Source: the human T2T-CHM13v2.0 reference genome, Homo sapiens
Assembly: GCF_009914755.1 (NCBI RefSeq)
Contig: NC_060925.1
Length of the DNA: 64,000 nucleotides
Direction: 5' to 3' (one strand)
Below the pieces are notes generated by a model. The model saw nothing but the letters and a program-made list of their open reading frames with translations. It did not search any database and was not told the origin of the DNA. This document shows, piece after piece, positions 1 to 13,100 of the stretch. Each line of letters opens with the position of its first letter. Within the stretch, counting starts at the first letter, position 1. A program made the position numbers and the translations under genes.

Positions 1-3000
1 TCGAATAGAATTATGGAATGAAATCCAGTGTGATCAGCATCGAATGGACCCGAATGGAATCATCATCCAACGGAAGCTAATGGAATCAACATCGAATGAA
101 TCGAATGGAAACACCATCGAATTGAAACGAATGGAATTATCATGAAAGTGATATGGATGGACTCGTCATCGAATGGATTCGAATGGAATCATCGAATAAA
201 ATTGATTGAAATCATCATCAAGTGGAATCGAATGGTATCATTGAATGGAATCGAATGGAATCATCAGATGGAAATGGATTGAATCGTCATAGAATGGAAT
301 AGAATGGATTCATTGAATGGAATCAGATGGAATCATCGAATGGACTGGAATGGAATCATTGAATGGACTCGAAAGGGATCATTATTGAATGGAATTGAAT
401 GGAATCATCGAATGGTCTCGATTGGAATCATTATCAAATGGAATCGAATGGAATCACCGAATAGAATCGAATGGAACAATCATCGAATGGACACAAATGG
501 AATTATCCTCAAATGGAATCGAATGGAATTATCGAATGCAATCGAATGGAATTATCGAATGCAATCGAATAGAATCATCGAATAGATTCGAATGGAATCA
601 TCGAATGGAATGGAATGGAACAGTCAATGAACTCGAATGGAATCATCATTGAATGGAATCGAATGGAATCATCGAGTGGAATCGAATGGAATTTTGATCA
701 AAAGGAATCGAATGTAATCATCATCAAATGGAATCAAAAATAACAATCATCAATTGGTATTGAATGGAATTGTCATCAAATGGAATTCAAAGGAATCATC
801 ATCAAATGGAACCGAATGGAATCCTCATTGAATGGAAATGAAAGGGGTCATCATCTAATGGAATCACATGGAATCATCATCAAATGGAATCGAAAGGAAT
901 CATCATCAAATGGAATCTAATGGAATCATTGAACAGAATTGAATGGAATCGTCATCGAATGAATTGAATACAATCATCGAATGGTCTCGAATGGAATCAT
1001 CTTCTAATGGAAAGGAATGGAATCATCGCATAGAATCGAATGGAATTAACATTGAATGGACTCGAATGGAATCAACATCTAACGGAATCAAGCGGAATTA
1101 TCGAATGTAATCGAAGAGAACCATCGAATGGACTCGAATGGAATCATCTAATGGAATGGAATGGAATAATCCACGGACCCGAATGCAATCATCATCGTAT
1201 AGAATCGAATGGAATCATTGAATGGACTCGAATGGAATCATCATTGAACGGAATCGAATGGAATCATCATCGGATGGAAACGAATGGAATTATCATCGAA
1301 TGGAAATGAAAGGAGTCATCATCTAATGGAATCGCATGGAATCATCATAAAATGGAATTGAATGGAATCAACATCAAATGGAATCAAATGGAATCATTGA
1401 ACAGAATTGAATGGAATCGTCATCGTATGAATTGAATGCAATCATCGAATGGTCTCGAATGGAATCATCTTCAAATGGAATGGAATGGAATCATCGCATA
1501 GAATCGAATGGAATTATCATCGAATGGAATCGAAAGGTATCAACATCAAACGGAAAAAAACGGAATTATCGAATGGAATCGAAGAGAATCATCGAACGGA
1601 CCCGAATGGAATCATCTAATGGAAAGGAATGGAATAATCCATGGACTGGAATCCAATCATCATCGAATGGAATCGAATGGAATCATTGAAAGGACTCTAA
1701 TGGAATAATCATTGAACGGAATCGAATGGAATCATCATCGAATGGAAACTAATGGAATCATCATCGAATGGAAATGAAAGGAGTCATCTAATGGAATTGC
1801 ACGGAATCAACATAAAATGGAATCGAATGGAATCAACATCAAATGGAATGAAATGGAATCATTGAACGGAATTGAATGGAATCTTCATCGAATGAATTGA
1901 ATGCAATCATCGAATGGTCTCGAATGGAATCATCGAATGGAATGGAATGGAACAGTCAATGAACTCGAATGGAATCATCATTGAATGGAATCGAATGGAA
2001 TCATCGAGTGGAATCGAATGTAATCATCATCAAATGGAATCAAAAATAACCATCATCAAATGGAATCAAAAATAACCATCATCAATTGGTATTGAATGGA
2101 ATTCTCATCAAATGGAATTCAAAGGAATCATCATCAAATGGAACCGAATGGAATCCTCATTGAATGGAAATGAAAGGGGTCATCATCTAATGGAAGCGCA
2201 TGGAATCATCATCAAATGGAATCGAATGGAATCAACATCAAATGGAATCAAATGGAATCATTGAACGGAATTGAATGGAATCGTCATCGAATGAATTGAA
2301 TGCAATCATCGAATGGTCTCGAATGGAATCATCTTCAAATGGAATGGAATGGAATCATCGCATAGAATCGAATGGAATTTTCATCGAATGGAATCGAATG
2401 GAATCAACATCAAACGGAAAAAAACGGAATTATCGAATGGAATCGAAGAGAATCACCGAATGGACCCGAATGGAATCATCTAATGGAATGGAATGGAATA
2501 ATCCATGGACTCGAATGCAATCATCATCGAATGGAATCGAATGGAATCATCGAATGGACTCGAATGCAATAATCATTGAACGGAATCGAATGGAATCATC
2601 ATCGGATGGAAACGAATGGAATCATCATCGGATGGGAATGAAAGGAGTCATCATCTAATGGAATTGCATGGAATCATCATCAAATGGAATCGAATGGAAT
2701 CAACATCAAATGGAATCAAATGGAATCATTGAACGGAATTGAATGGAATCGTCATCGAATGAATTGAATGCAATCATCGAATGGTCTCGAATGGAATCAT
2801 CTTCAAATGGAATGGAATGGAATCATCGCATAGAATCGAATGGAATTCTCATCGAATGGAGTCGAATGGAATCAACATCAAACGGAAAAAAACGGAATTA
2901 TCGAATGGAATCGAAGAGAATCATCGAATGGGCCCGAATGGAATCATCTAATGGAATGGAATGGAATAATCCATGGACTCGAATGCAATCATCATCGAAT

Positions 3001-4399
3001 GGAATCGAATGGAATCATCGAATGGACTCGAATGGAATAATCATTGAACGGAATCGAATGGAATCATCATCGGATGGAAATGAATGGAATCATCATCGAA
3101 TGGAATCGAATAGAATTATGGAATGAAATCCAGTGTGATCATCATCGAATGGACCCGAATGGAATCATCATCCAACGGAAGCTAATGGAATCAACATCGA
3201 ATGAATCCAATGGAAACACCATCGAATTGAAACGAATGGAATTACCATGAAATTGAAATGGATGGACTCATCATCAAATGGATTCGAGTGGAATCATCGA
3301 ATAAAATTGATTGAAATCATCATCGAATGGAATCGAATGGTATCATTGAATGGAATCGAATGGAATCATCATTAGATGGAAATGAAAGGAATCGTCTTAG
3401 AATGGAATCGAATGGATTCATTGAATGGAATCAGATGGAATCCTTGAATGGACTGGAATGGAATCATTGAATGGACTCGAAAGGGATCATTATTGAATGG
3501 AATTGAATGGAATCATCGAATGGTCTCGATTGGAATCATTATCAAATGGAATCGAATGGTATCACCGAATAGAATCTAATGGAACAATCATCGAATGGAC
3601 TCAAATGGAATTATCCTCAAATGGAATTGAATGGAATTATCGAATGCAATCGAATGGAATTATCGAATGCAATCGAATAGAATCATCGAATGGACTCGAA
3701 TGGAATCATCGAATGGAATGGAATGGAACAGTCAATGAACTCGAATGGAATCATCATTGAATGGAATCGAATGGAATCATCGAGTGGAATCGAATGTAAT
3801 CATCATCAAATGGAATCAAAAATAACCATCATCAAATGGAATCAAAAATAACCATCATCAATTGGTATTGAATGGAATTCTCATCAAATGGAATTCAAAG
3901 GAATCATCATCAAATGGAACCGAATGGAATCCTCATTGAATGGAAATGAAAGGGGTCATCATCTAATGGAATCGCATGGAATCATCATAAAATGGAATCG
4001 AATGGAATCAACATCAAATAGAATCAAATGGAATCATTGAACGGAATTGAATGGAATGGTCATCGAAAGAATTGAATGCAATCATCGAATGGTCTCGAAT
4101 GGAATCATCTTCAAATGGAATGGAATGGAATCATCGCATAGAATCGAATGGAATTATCATCGAATGGAATCGAATGGAATCAACACCAAACGGAAAAAAA
4201 CGGAATTATCTAATGGAATCGAAGAGAATCATCGAATGGACCAGAATGGATCATCTAATGGAATGGAATGGAATAATCCATGGACTCGAATGCAATCATC
4301 ATCGAATGGAATCGAATGGAATCATCGAATGGACTCGAATGGAATAATCATTGAACGGAATCGAATGGAATCATCATCGGATGGAAACGAATGGAATCA

Positions 4400-7300
4400 T
4401 CATCGAATGGAAATGAAAGGAGTCATCATCTAATGGAATTGCATGGAATCATCATCAAATGGAATCGAAAGGAATCAACATCAAATGCAATCAAATGGAA
4501 TCATTGAACGGAATTGAATGGAATCGTCATCGAATGAATTGAATGCAATCATCGAATGGTCTCGAATGGAATCATCTTCAAATGGAATGGAAAGGAATCA
4601 TCGCATAGAATCGAATGGAATTATCATCGAATGGAATCGAATCGTATCAACATCAAACGGAAAAAAACGGAATTATCGAATGGAATCGAAGAGAATCTTC
4701 GAACGGACCCGAATGGAATCATCTAATGGAATGGAATGGAACAATCCATGGACTGGAAGGCAAATATCATTGAACGGAATCGAATGGAATCATCATCGGA
4801 TGGACACGACTGGAATCATCATCGAATGGAAATGAAAGGAGTCATCATCTAATGGAATTGCATGGAATCATCATAAAATGGAATCAAATGGAATCAACAT
4901 CAAATGGAATCAAATGGAATCATTGAACGGAATTGAATGGAATCGTCATCGAATGAATTGAATGCAATCATCGAATGGTCTCGAATGGAATCATCTTCAA
5001 ATGGAATGGAATGGAATCATCGCATAAATTCGAATGGAATTATCATCGAATGGAATCGAATGGAATCAACATCAAACGGAAAAAAACGGAATTATCGAAT
5101 GGAATCGAATAGAATCATCGAATGGACCCGAATGGAATCATCTAATGGAATGGAATGGAATAATCCATGGACTCGAATGCAATCATCATCGAATGGAATC
5201 GAATGGAATCATCCAATGGACTCGAATGGAATAATCATTGAACGGAATCGAATGGAATCATCATCGGATGGAAATGAATGGAATCATCATCGAATGGAAT
5301 CGAATAGAATTATGGAATGAAATCCAGTGTGATCATCATCGAATGGACCCGAATTGAATCATCATCCAACGGATGCTAATGGAATCAACATCGAATGAAT
5401 CAAATGGAAACACCATCGAATTGATACGAATGGAATTACAATGAAATTGAAATGGATGGACTCATCATCGAATGGATTCGAATGGAATCATCGAATAAAA
5501 TTGATTGAAATCATCATCGAATGGAATCGAATGGTATCATTGAATGGAATCGAATGGAATCATCATCAGATGGAAATGAATGGAATCGTCATAGAATGGA
5601 ATCGAATGGATTCATTGAATGGAATCAGATGGAATCATCGAATGGACTGGAAAGGAATCATTGAATGGACTCGAAAGAGTTCATTATTGAATGGAATTGA
5701 ATGGAATCATCGAATCGTCTCGATTGGAATCATTATCAAATGGAATCGAATGGAATCACCGAATAGAATCGAATGGAACAATCATCGAATGGACTCAAAT
5801 TGAATTATCCTCAAATGGAATCGAATGGAATTATCGAATGCAATCGAATGGAAATATCGAATGCAATCGAATAGAATCATCGAATGGACTCGAATGGAAT
5901 CATCGAATGGAATGGAATGGAACAGTCAATGAACTCGAATGGAATCATCATTGAATGGAATCGAATGGAATCATCGAGTGGAATCGAATGGAATTATGAT
6001 CAAATGGAATCGAATGTAATCATCATCAAATGGAATCAAAAATAACCATCATCAATTGGTATTGAATGGAATTGTCATCAAATGGAATTCAAAGGAAACA
6101 TCATCAAATGGAACCGAATGGAATCCTCATTGAATGGAAATGAAAGGGGTCATCATCTAATGGAATCGCAAGGAATCATCATCAAATGGAATCGAAAGGA
6201 ATCATCATCAAATGGAATCTGATGGAATCATTGAACAGAATTGAATGGAATCGTCATCGAATGAATTGAATGCACTCATCGAATAGTCTCGAATGGAATC
6301 ATCTTCTAATGGAAAGGAATGGAATCATCGCATAAAATCGAATGGAATTAACATTGAATGGACTCGAATGGAATCAACATCAAACGGAATCAAGCCGAAT
6401 TATCGAATGGAATCGAAGAGAATCATAGAATGGACTCGAGTGGAATCATCTAATGGAATGGAATGGAATAATCCACGGACCCGAATGCAATCATCATCGA
6501 ATGGAATCGAATGGAATCATCGAATGGACTCGAGTGGAGTAAACATTGAACGGAATCGAATGGAATCATCATCGGATGGAAACGAATGGAATCATCATCG
6601 AATGGAAATGAAAGGAATCATCATCTAATGGAATTGCATGGAATCATCATCAAATGGAATCGAATGGAATCAACATCAAATGGAATCAAATGGAATCATT
6701 GAACGGAATTGAATGGAATCGTCATCGAATGAATTGAATGCAATCATCGAATGGTCTCGAATGGAATCATCTTCAAATGGAATGGAAAGGAATCATCGCA
6801 TAGAATCGAATGGAATTATCATCGAATGGAATCGAATCGTATCAACATCAAACGGAAAAAAACGGAATTATCGAATGGAATCGAAGAGAATCTTCGAACG
6901 GACCCGAATGGAATCATCTAATGGAATGGAATGGAACAATCCATGGACTGGAAGGCAAACATCATTGAACGGAATCGAATGGAATCATCATCGGATGGAC
7001 ACGACTGGAGTCATCATCGAATGGAAATGAAAGGAGTCATCATCTAATGGAATTGCATGGAATCATCATTAAATGGAATCAAATGGAATCAACATCAAAT
7101 GGAATCAAATGGAATCATTGAACGGAATTGAATGGAATCGTCATCGAATGAATTGAATGCAATCATCGAATGGTCTCGAATGGAATCATCTTCAAATGGA
7201 ATGGAATGGAATCATCGCATAAAATCTAATGGAATTATCATCGAATGGAATCGAATGGAATCAACATCAAACGGAAAAAAACGGAATTATCGAATGGAAT

Positions 7301-8400
7301 CGAATAGAATCATCGAATGGACCCGAATGGAATCATCTAATGGAATGGAATGGAATAATCCATGGACTCGAATGCAATCATCATCGAATGGAATCGAATG
7401 GAATCATCCAATGGACTCGAATGGAATAATCATTGAACGGAATCGAATGGAATCATCATCGGATGGAAATGAATGGAATCATCATCGAATGGAATCGAAT
7501 AGAATTATGGAATGAAATCCAGTGTGATCATCATCGAATGGACCCGAATTGAATCATCATCCAACGGATGCTAATGGAATCAACATCGAATGAATCGAAT
7601 GGAAACACCATCGAATTGAAACGAATGGAATTACAATGAAATTGAAATGGATGGACTCATCATCGAATGGATTCGAATGGAATCATCGAATAAAATTGAT
7701 TGAAATCATCATCGAATGGAATCGAATGGTATCATTGAATGGAATCGAATGGAATCATCATCAGATGGAAATGAATGGAATCGTCATAGAATGGAATCGA
7801 ATGGATTCATTGAATGGAATCAGATGGAATCATCGAATGGACTGGAAAGGAATCATTGAATGGACTCGAAAGAGATCATTATTGAATGGAATTGAATGGA
7901 ATCATCGAATCGTCTCGATTGGAATCATTATCAAATGGAATCGAATGGAATCACCGAATAGAATCGAATGGAACAATCATCGAATGGACTCAAATTGAAT
8001 TATCCTCAAATGGAATCGAATGGAATTATCGAATGCAATCGAATGGAAATATCGAATGCAATCGAATAGAATCATCGAATGGACTCGAATGGAATCATCG
8101 AATGGAATGGAATGGAACAGTCAATGAAGTCGAATGGAATCATCATTGAATGGAATCGAATGGAATCATCGAGTGGAATCGAATGGAATTATGATCAAAT
8201 GGAATCGAATGTAATCATCATCAAATGGAATCAAAAATAACCATCATCAATTGGTATTGAATGGAATTGTCATCAAATGGAATTCAAAGGAAACATCATC
8301 AAATGGAACCGAATGGAATCCTCATTGAATGGAAATGAAAGGGGTCATCATCTAATGGAATCGCATGGAATCATCATCAAATGGAATCGAATGGAATCAT
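4400..8400 (+). repeat. Tandem duplication with 2195-bp period (unit with three modules, one shortened by 49 bp)
   Basis: ORF pairs 4518/6713, 4937/7132, 5441/7636 and 5691/7886 are all offset by 2195. Shared private variants: TGGACACGACTGGA (~4801, ~6996), CCAACGGATGC (~5366, ~7561), GAATCGTCTCG (~5712, ~7907). Boundaries are approximate. Confidence 0.88.
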
Positions 8401-10180
8401 CATCAAATGGAATCTAATGGAATCATTGAACAGAATTGAATGGAATCGTCATCGAATGAATTGAATGCAATCATCGAATGGTCTCGAATGGAATCATCTT
8501 CTAATGGAAAGGAACGGAATCATCTCATAGAATCGAATGGAATTATCATCGAATGGAATCGAATGGTATCAACACCAAACGGAAAAAAACGGAATTATCG
8601 AATGGAATCGAAGAGAATCTTCGAACGGACCCGAATGGAATCATCTAATGGAATGGAATGGAATAATCCATGGACTCGAATGCAATCATCATCGAATGGA
8701 ATCGAATGGAATCATCGAATGGACTCGAATGGAATAATCATTGAACGGAATCGAATGGAATCATCATCGGATGGAAACGAATGGAATCATCATCGAATGG
8801 AAATGAAAGCAGTCATCATCTAATGGAATTGCATGGAATCATCATAAAATGGAATCGAATGGAATCAACATCAAATGGAATCAAATGGAATCATTGAACG
8901 GAATTGAATGGAATCGTCATCGAATGAATTGAATGCAATCATCGAATGGTCTCGAATGGAATCATCTTCAAATGGAAGGGAATGGAATCATCGCATAGAA
9001 TCGAATGGAATTATCATCGAATGGAATCGAATGGAATCAACATCAAACGGAAAAAAACGGAATTATCGAATGGAATCGAAGAGAATCATCGAATGGACCC
9101 GAATGGAATCATCTAATGGAATGGAATGGAATAATCCATGGACTCGAATGCAATCATCATCGAATGGAATCGAATGGAATCATCGAATGGACTCGAATGG
9201 AATAATCATTGAACGGAATCGAATGGAATCATCATCGGATGGAAATGAAAGGAGTCATCATCTAATGGAATTGCATGGAATCATCATAAAATGGAATCGA
9301 ATGGAATCAACATCAAATGGAATCAAATGGAATCATTGAACGGAATTGAATGGAATCGTCATCGAATGAATTGAATGCAATCATCGAATGGTCTCGAATG
9401 GAATCATCTTCAAATGGAATGGAATGGAATCATCGCATAGAATCGAATGGAATTATCATCGAATGGAATCGAATGGAATCAACATCAAACGGAAAAAAAC
9501 GGAATTATCGAATGGAATCGAAGAGAATCATCGAATGGACCCGAATGGAATCATCTAATGGAATGGAATGGAATAATCCATGGACTCGAAAGCAATCATC
9601 ATCGAATGGAATCGAATGGAATCATCGAATGGACTCGAATGGAATAATCATTGAACGGAATCGAATGGAATCATCATCGGATGGAAACGAATGGAATCAT
9701 CATCGAATGGAAATGAAAGGAGTCATCATCTAATGGAATTGCATGGAATCATCATCAAATGGAATCGAATGGAATCAACATCAAATGGAATCAAATGGAA
9801 TCATTGAACGGAATTGAATGGAATCGTCATCGAATGAATTGAATGCAATCATCGAATGGTCTCGAATGGAATCTTCTTCAAATGGAATGGAATGGAATCA
9901 TCGCATAGAATCGAATGGAATTATCATCGAATGGAATCGAATGGTATCAACATCAAACGGAAAAAAAAGGAATTATCGAATGGAATCGAAGAGAATCTTC
10001 GAACGGACCCGAATGGAATCATCTAATGGAATGGAATGGAATAATCCATGGACTCGAATGCAATCATCATCGAATGGAATCGAATGGAATCATTGAAAGG
10101 ACTCGAATGGAATAATCATTGAACGGAATCGAATGGAATCATCATGGGATGGAAATGAATGGAATCATCATCGAATGGAA
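8330..10180 (+). repeat. Run of four tandem 468-bp modules (second copy has a 26-bp deletion)
   Basis: Module ORF starts at 8440, 8908, 9350 and 9818 (spacings 468, 442, 468). Confidence 0.9.
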
Positions 10181-13100
10181 TCGAATAGAATTATGGAATG
10201 AAATCCAGTGTGATCATCATCGAATGGACCCGAATGGAATCATCATCCAACGGAAGCTAATGGAATCAACATCGAATGAATCGAATGGAAACACCATCGA
10301 ATTGAAACGAATGGAATTACCATGAAATTGAAATGGATGGACTCATCATCGAATGGATTCGAATGGAATCATCGAATAAAATTGATTGAAATCATCATCG
10401 AATGGAATCGAATGGTATCATTGAATGGAATCGAATGGAATCATCATCAGATGGAAATGAATGGAATCGTCATAGAATGGGATCGAATGGATTCATTGAA
10501 TGGAATCAGATGGAATCATCGAATGGACTGGAATGGAATCATTGAATGGACTCGAAAGGGATCATTATTGAATGGAATTGAATGGAATCATCGAATGGTC
10601 TCGATTGGAATCATTATCAAATGGAATCGAATGGAATCACCGAATAGAATCGAATGGAACAATCATCGAATGGACTCAAATGGAATTATCCTCAAATGGA
10701 ATCGAATGGAATTATCGAATGCAATCGAATGGAATTATCGAATGCAATCGAATAGAATCATCGAATGGACTCGAATGGAATCATCGAATGGAGTGGAATG
10801 GAACAGTCAATGAACTCGAATGGAATCATCATTGAATGGAATCGAATGGAATCATCGAGTGGAATCGAATGGAATTATGATCAAATGGAATCGAATGTAA
10901 TCATCATCAAATGGAATCAAAAATAACCATCATCAATTGGTATTGAATGGAATTGTCATCAAATGGAATTTAAAGGAATCATCATCAAATGGAACCGAAT
11001 GGAATCCTCATTGAATGGAAATGAAAGGGGTCATCATGTAATGGAATCGCATGGAATCATCATCAAATGGAATCGAATGGAATCATCATCAAATGGAATC
11101 TAATGGAATCATTGAAAGAATTGAATGGAATCATCATCGAATGAATTGAATGCAATCATCGAATGGTCTCGAATGGAATCATCTTCTAATGGAAAGGAAT
11201 GGAATCATCGCATAGAATCGAATGGAATTATCATCGAATGGAATCGAATGGTATCAACACCAAACGGAAAAAAACGGAATTATCGAATGGAATCGAAGAG
11301 AATCATCGAATGGACCCGAATGGAATCATCTAATGGAATGGAATGGAATAATCCATGGACTCGAATGCAATCATCATCGAATGGAATCGAATGGAATCAT
11401 CGAATGGACTCGAATGGAATAATCATTGAAAGGAATCGAATGGAATCATCATCGGATGGAAACGAATGGAATCATCATCGAATGGAATCGAATAGAATTA
11501 TGGAATGAAATCCAGTGTGATCATCATCGAATGGACCCGAATGGAATCATCATCCAACGGAAGCTAATGGAATCAACATCGAATGAATCAAATGGAAACA
11601 CCATCGAATTGAAACGAATGGAATTACCATGAAATTGAAATGGATGGACTCATCATCAAATGGATTCGAATGGAATCATCGAATAAAATTGATTGAAATC
11701 ATCATCGAATGGAATCGAATGGTATCATTGAATGGAATCGAATGGAATCATCATCAGATGGAAATGAATGGAATCGTCATAGAATGGAATCGAATGGATT
11801 CATTGAATGGAATCAGATGGAATCATTGAATGGACTGGAATGGAATCATTGAATGGACTCGAAAGGGATCATGATTGAATGGAATTGAATGGAATCATCG
11901 AATGGTCTCGATTGGAATCATTATCAAATGGAATCGAATGGAATCACTGAATAGAATCGAATGGAACAATCATCGAATGGACTCAAATGGAATTATCCTC
12001 CAATGGAATCGAATGGAATTATCGAATGCAATCGAATGGAATTATCGAATGCAATCGAATAAAATCATCGAATGGACTCGAATGGAATCATCGAATGGAA
12101 TGGAATGGAACAGTCAATGAACTCGAATGGAATCATCATTGAATGGAATCATCGAGTGGAATCGAAAGGAATTATGATCAAATGGAATCGAATGTAATCA
12201 TCATCAAATGGAATCAAAAATAACCATCATCAATTGGTATTGAATGGAATTGTCATCAAATGGAATTCAAAGGAATCATCATCAAATGGAACCGAATGGA
12301 ATCCTCATTGAATGGAAATGAAAGGGGTCATCATCTAATGGAATCGCATGGAATCATCATCAAATGGAATCGAATGGAATCATCATCAAATGGAATCTAA
12401 TGGAATCATTGAAAAGAATTGAATGGAATCGTCATCGAATGAATTTAATGCAATCATCGAATGGTCTCGAATGGAATCATCTTCTAATGGAAAGGACTGG
12501 AATCATCGCATAGAATCGAATGGAATTATCATCGAATGGAATCGAATGGTATCAACACCAAACGGAAAAAAACGGAATTATCGAATGGAATCGAAGAGAA
12601 TCTTCGAACGGACCCGAATGGAATCATCTAATGGAATGGAATGGAATAATCCATGGACTCGAATGCAATCATCATCGAATGGAATCGAATGGAATCATCG
12701 AATGGACTCGAATGGAATAATCATTGAAAGGAATCGAATGGAATCATCATCGGATGGAAACGAATGGAATCATCATCGAATGGAAATGAAAGGAGTCATC
12801 ATCTAATGGAATTGCATGGAATCATCATAAAATGGAATCGAATGGAATCAACATCAAATGGAATCAAATGGAATCATTGAACGGAATTGAATGGAATCGT
12901 CATCGAATGAATTGAATGCAATCATCGAATGGTCTCGAATGGAATCATCTTCAAATGGAATGGAATGGAATCATCGCATAGAATCGAATGGAATTATCAT
13001 CGAATGGAATCGAATGGAATCAACATCAAACGGAAAAAAACGGAATTATCGAATGGAATCGAAGAGAATCATCGAATGGACCCGAATGGAATCATCTAAT

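Noticed and set aside
3296-3322. AATAAA and the near-palindrome TGATTGAAATCA once per unit as polyadenylation or DUX4-type sites
   Set aside because: AATAAA alone is weak evidence in A-rich DNA, and the palindrome spacing does not match the 11-bp TAAYYYAATCA-type motif. HSATII transcription is known, but sites cannot be assigned from sequence alone.
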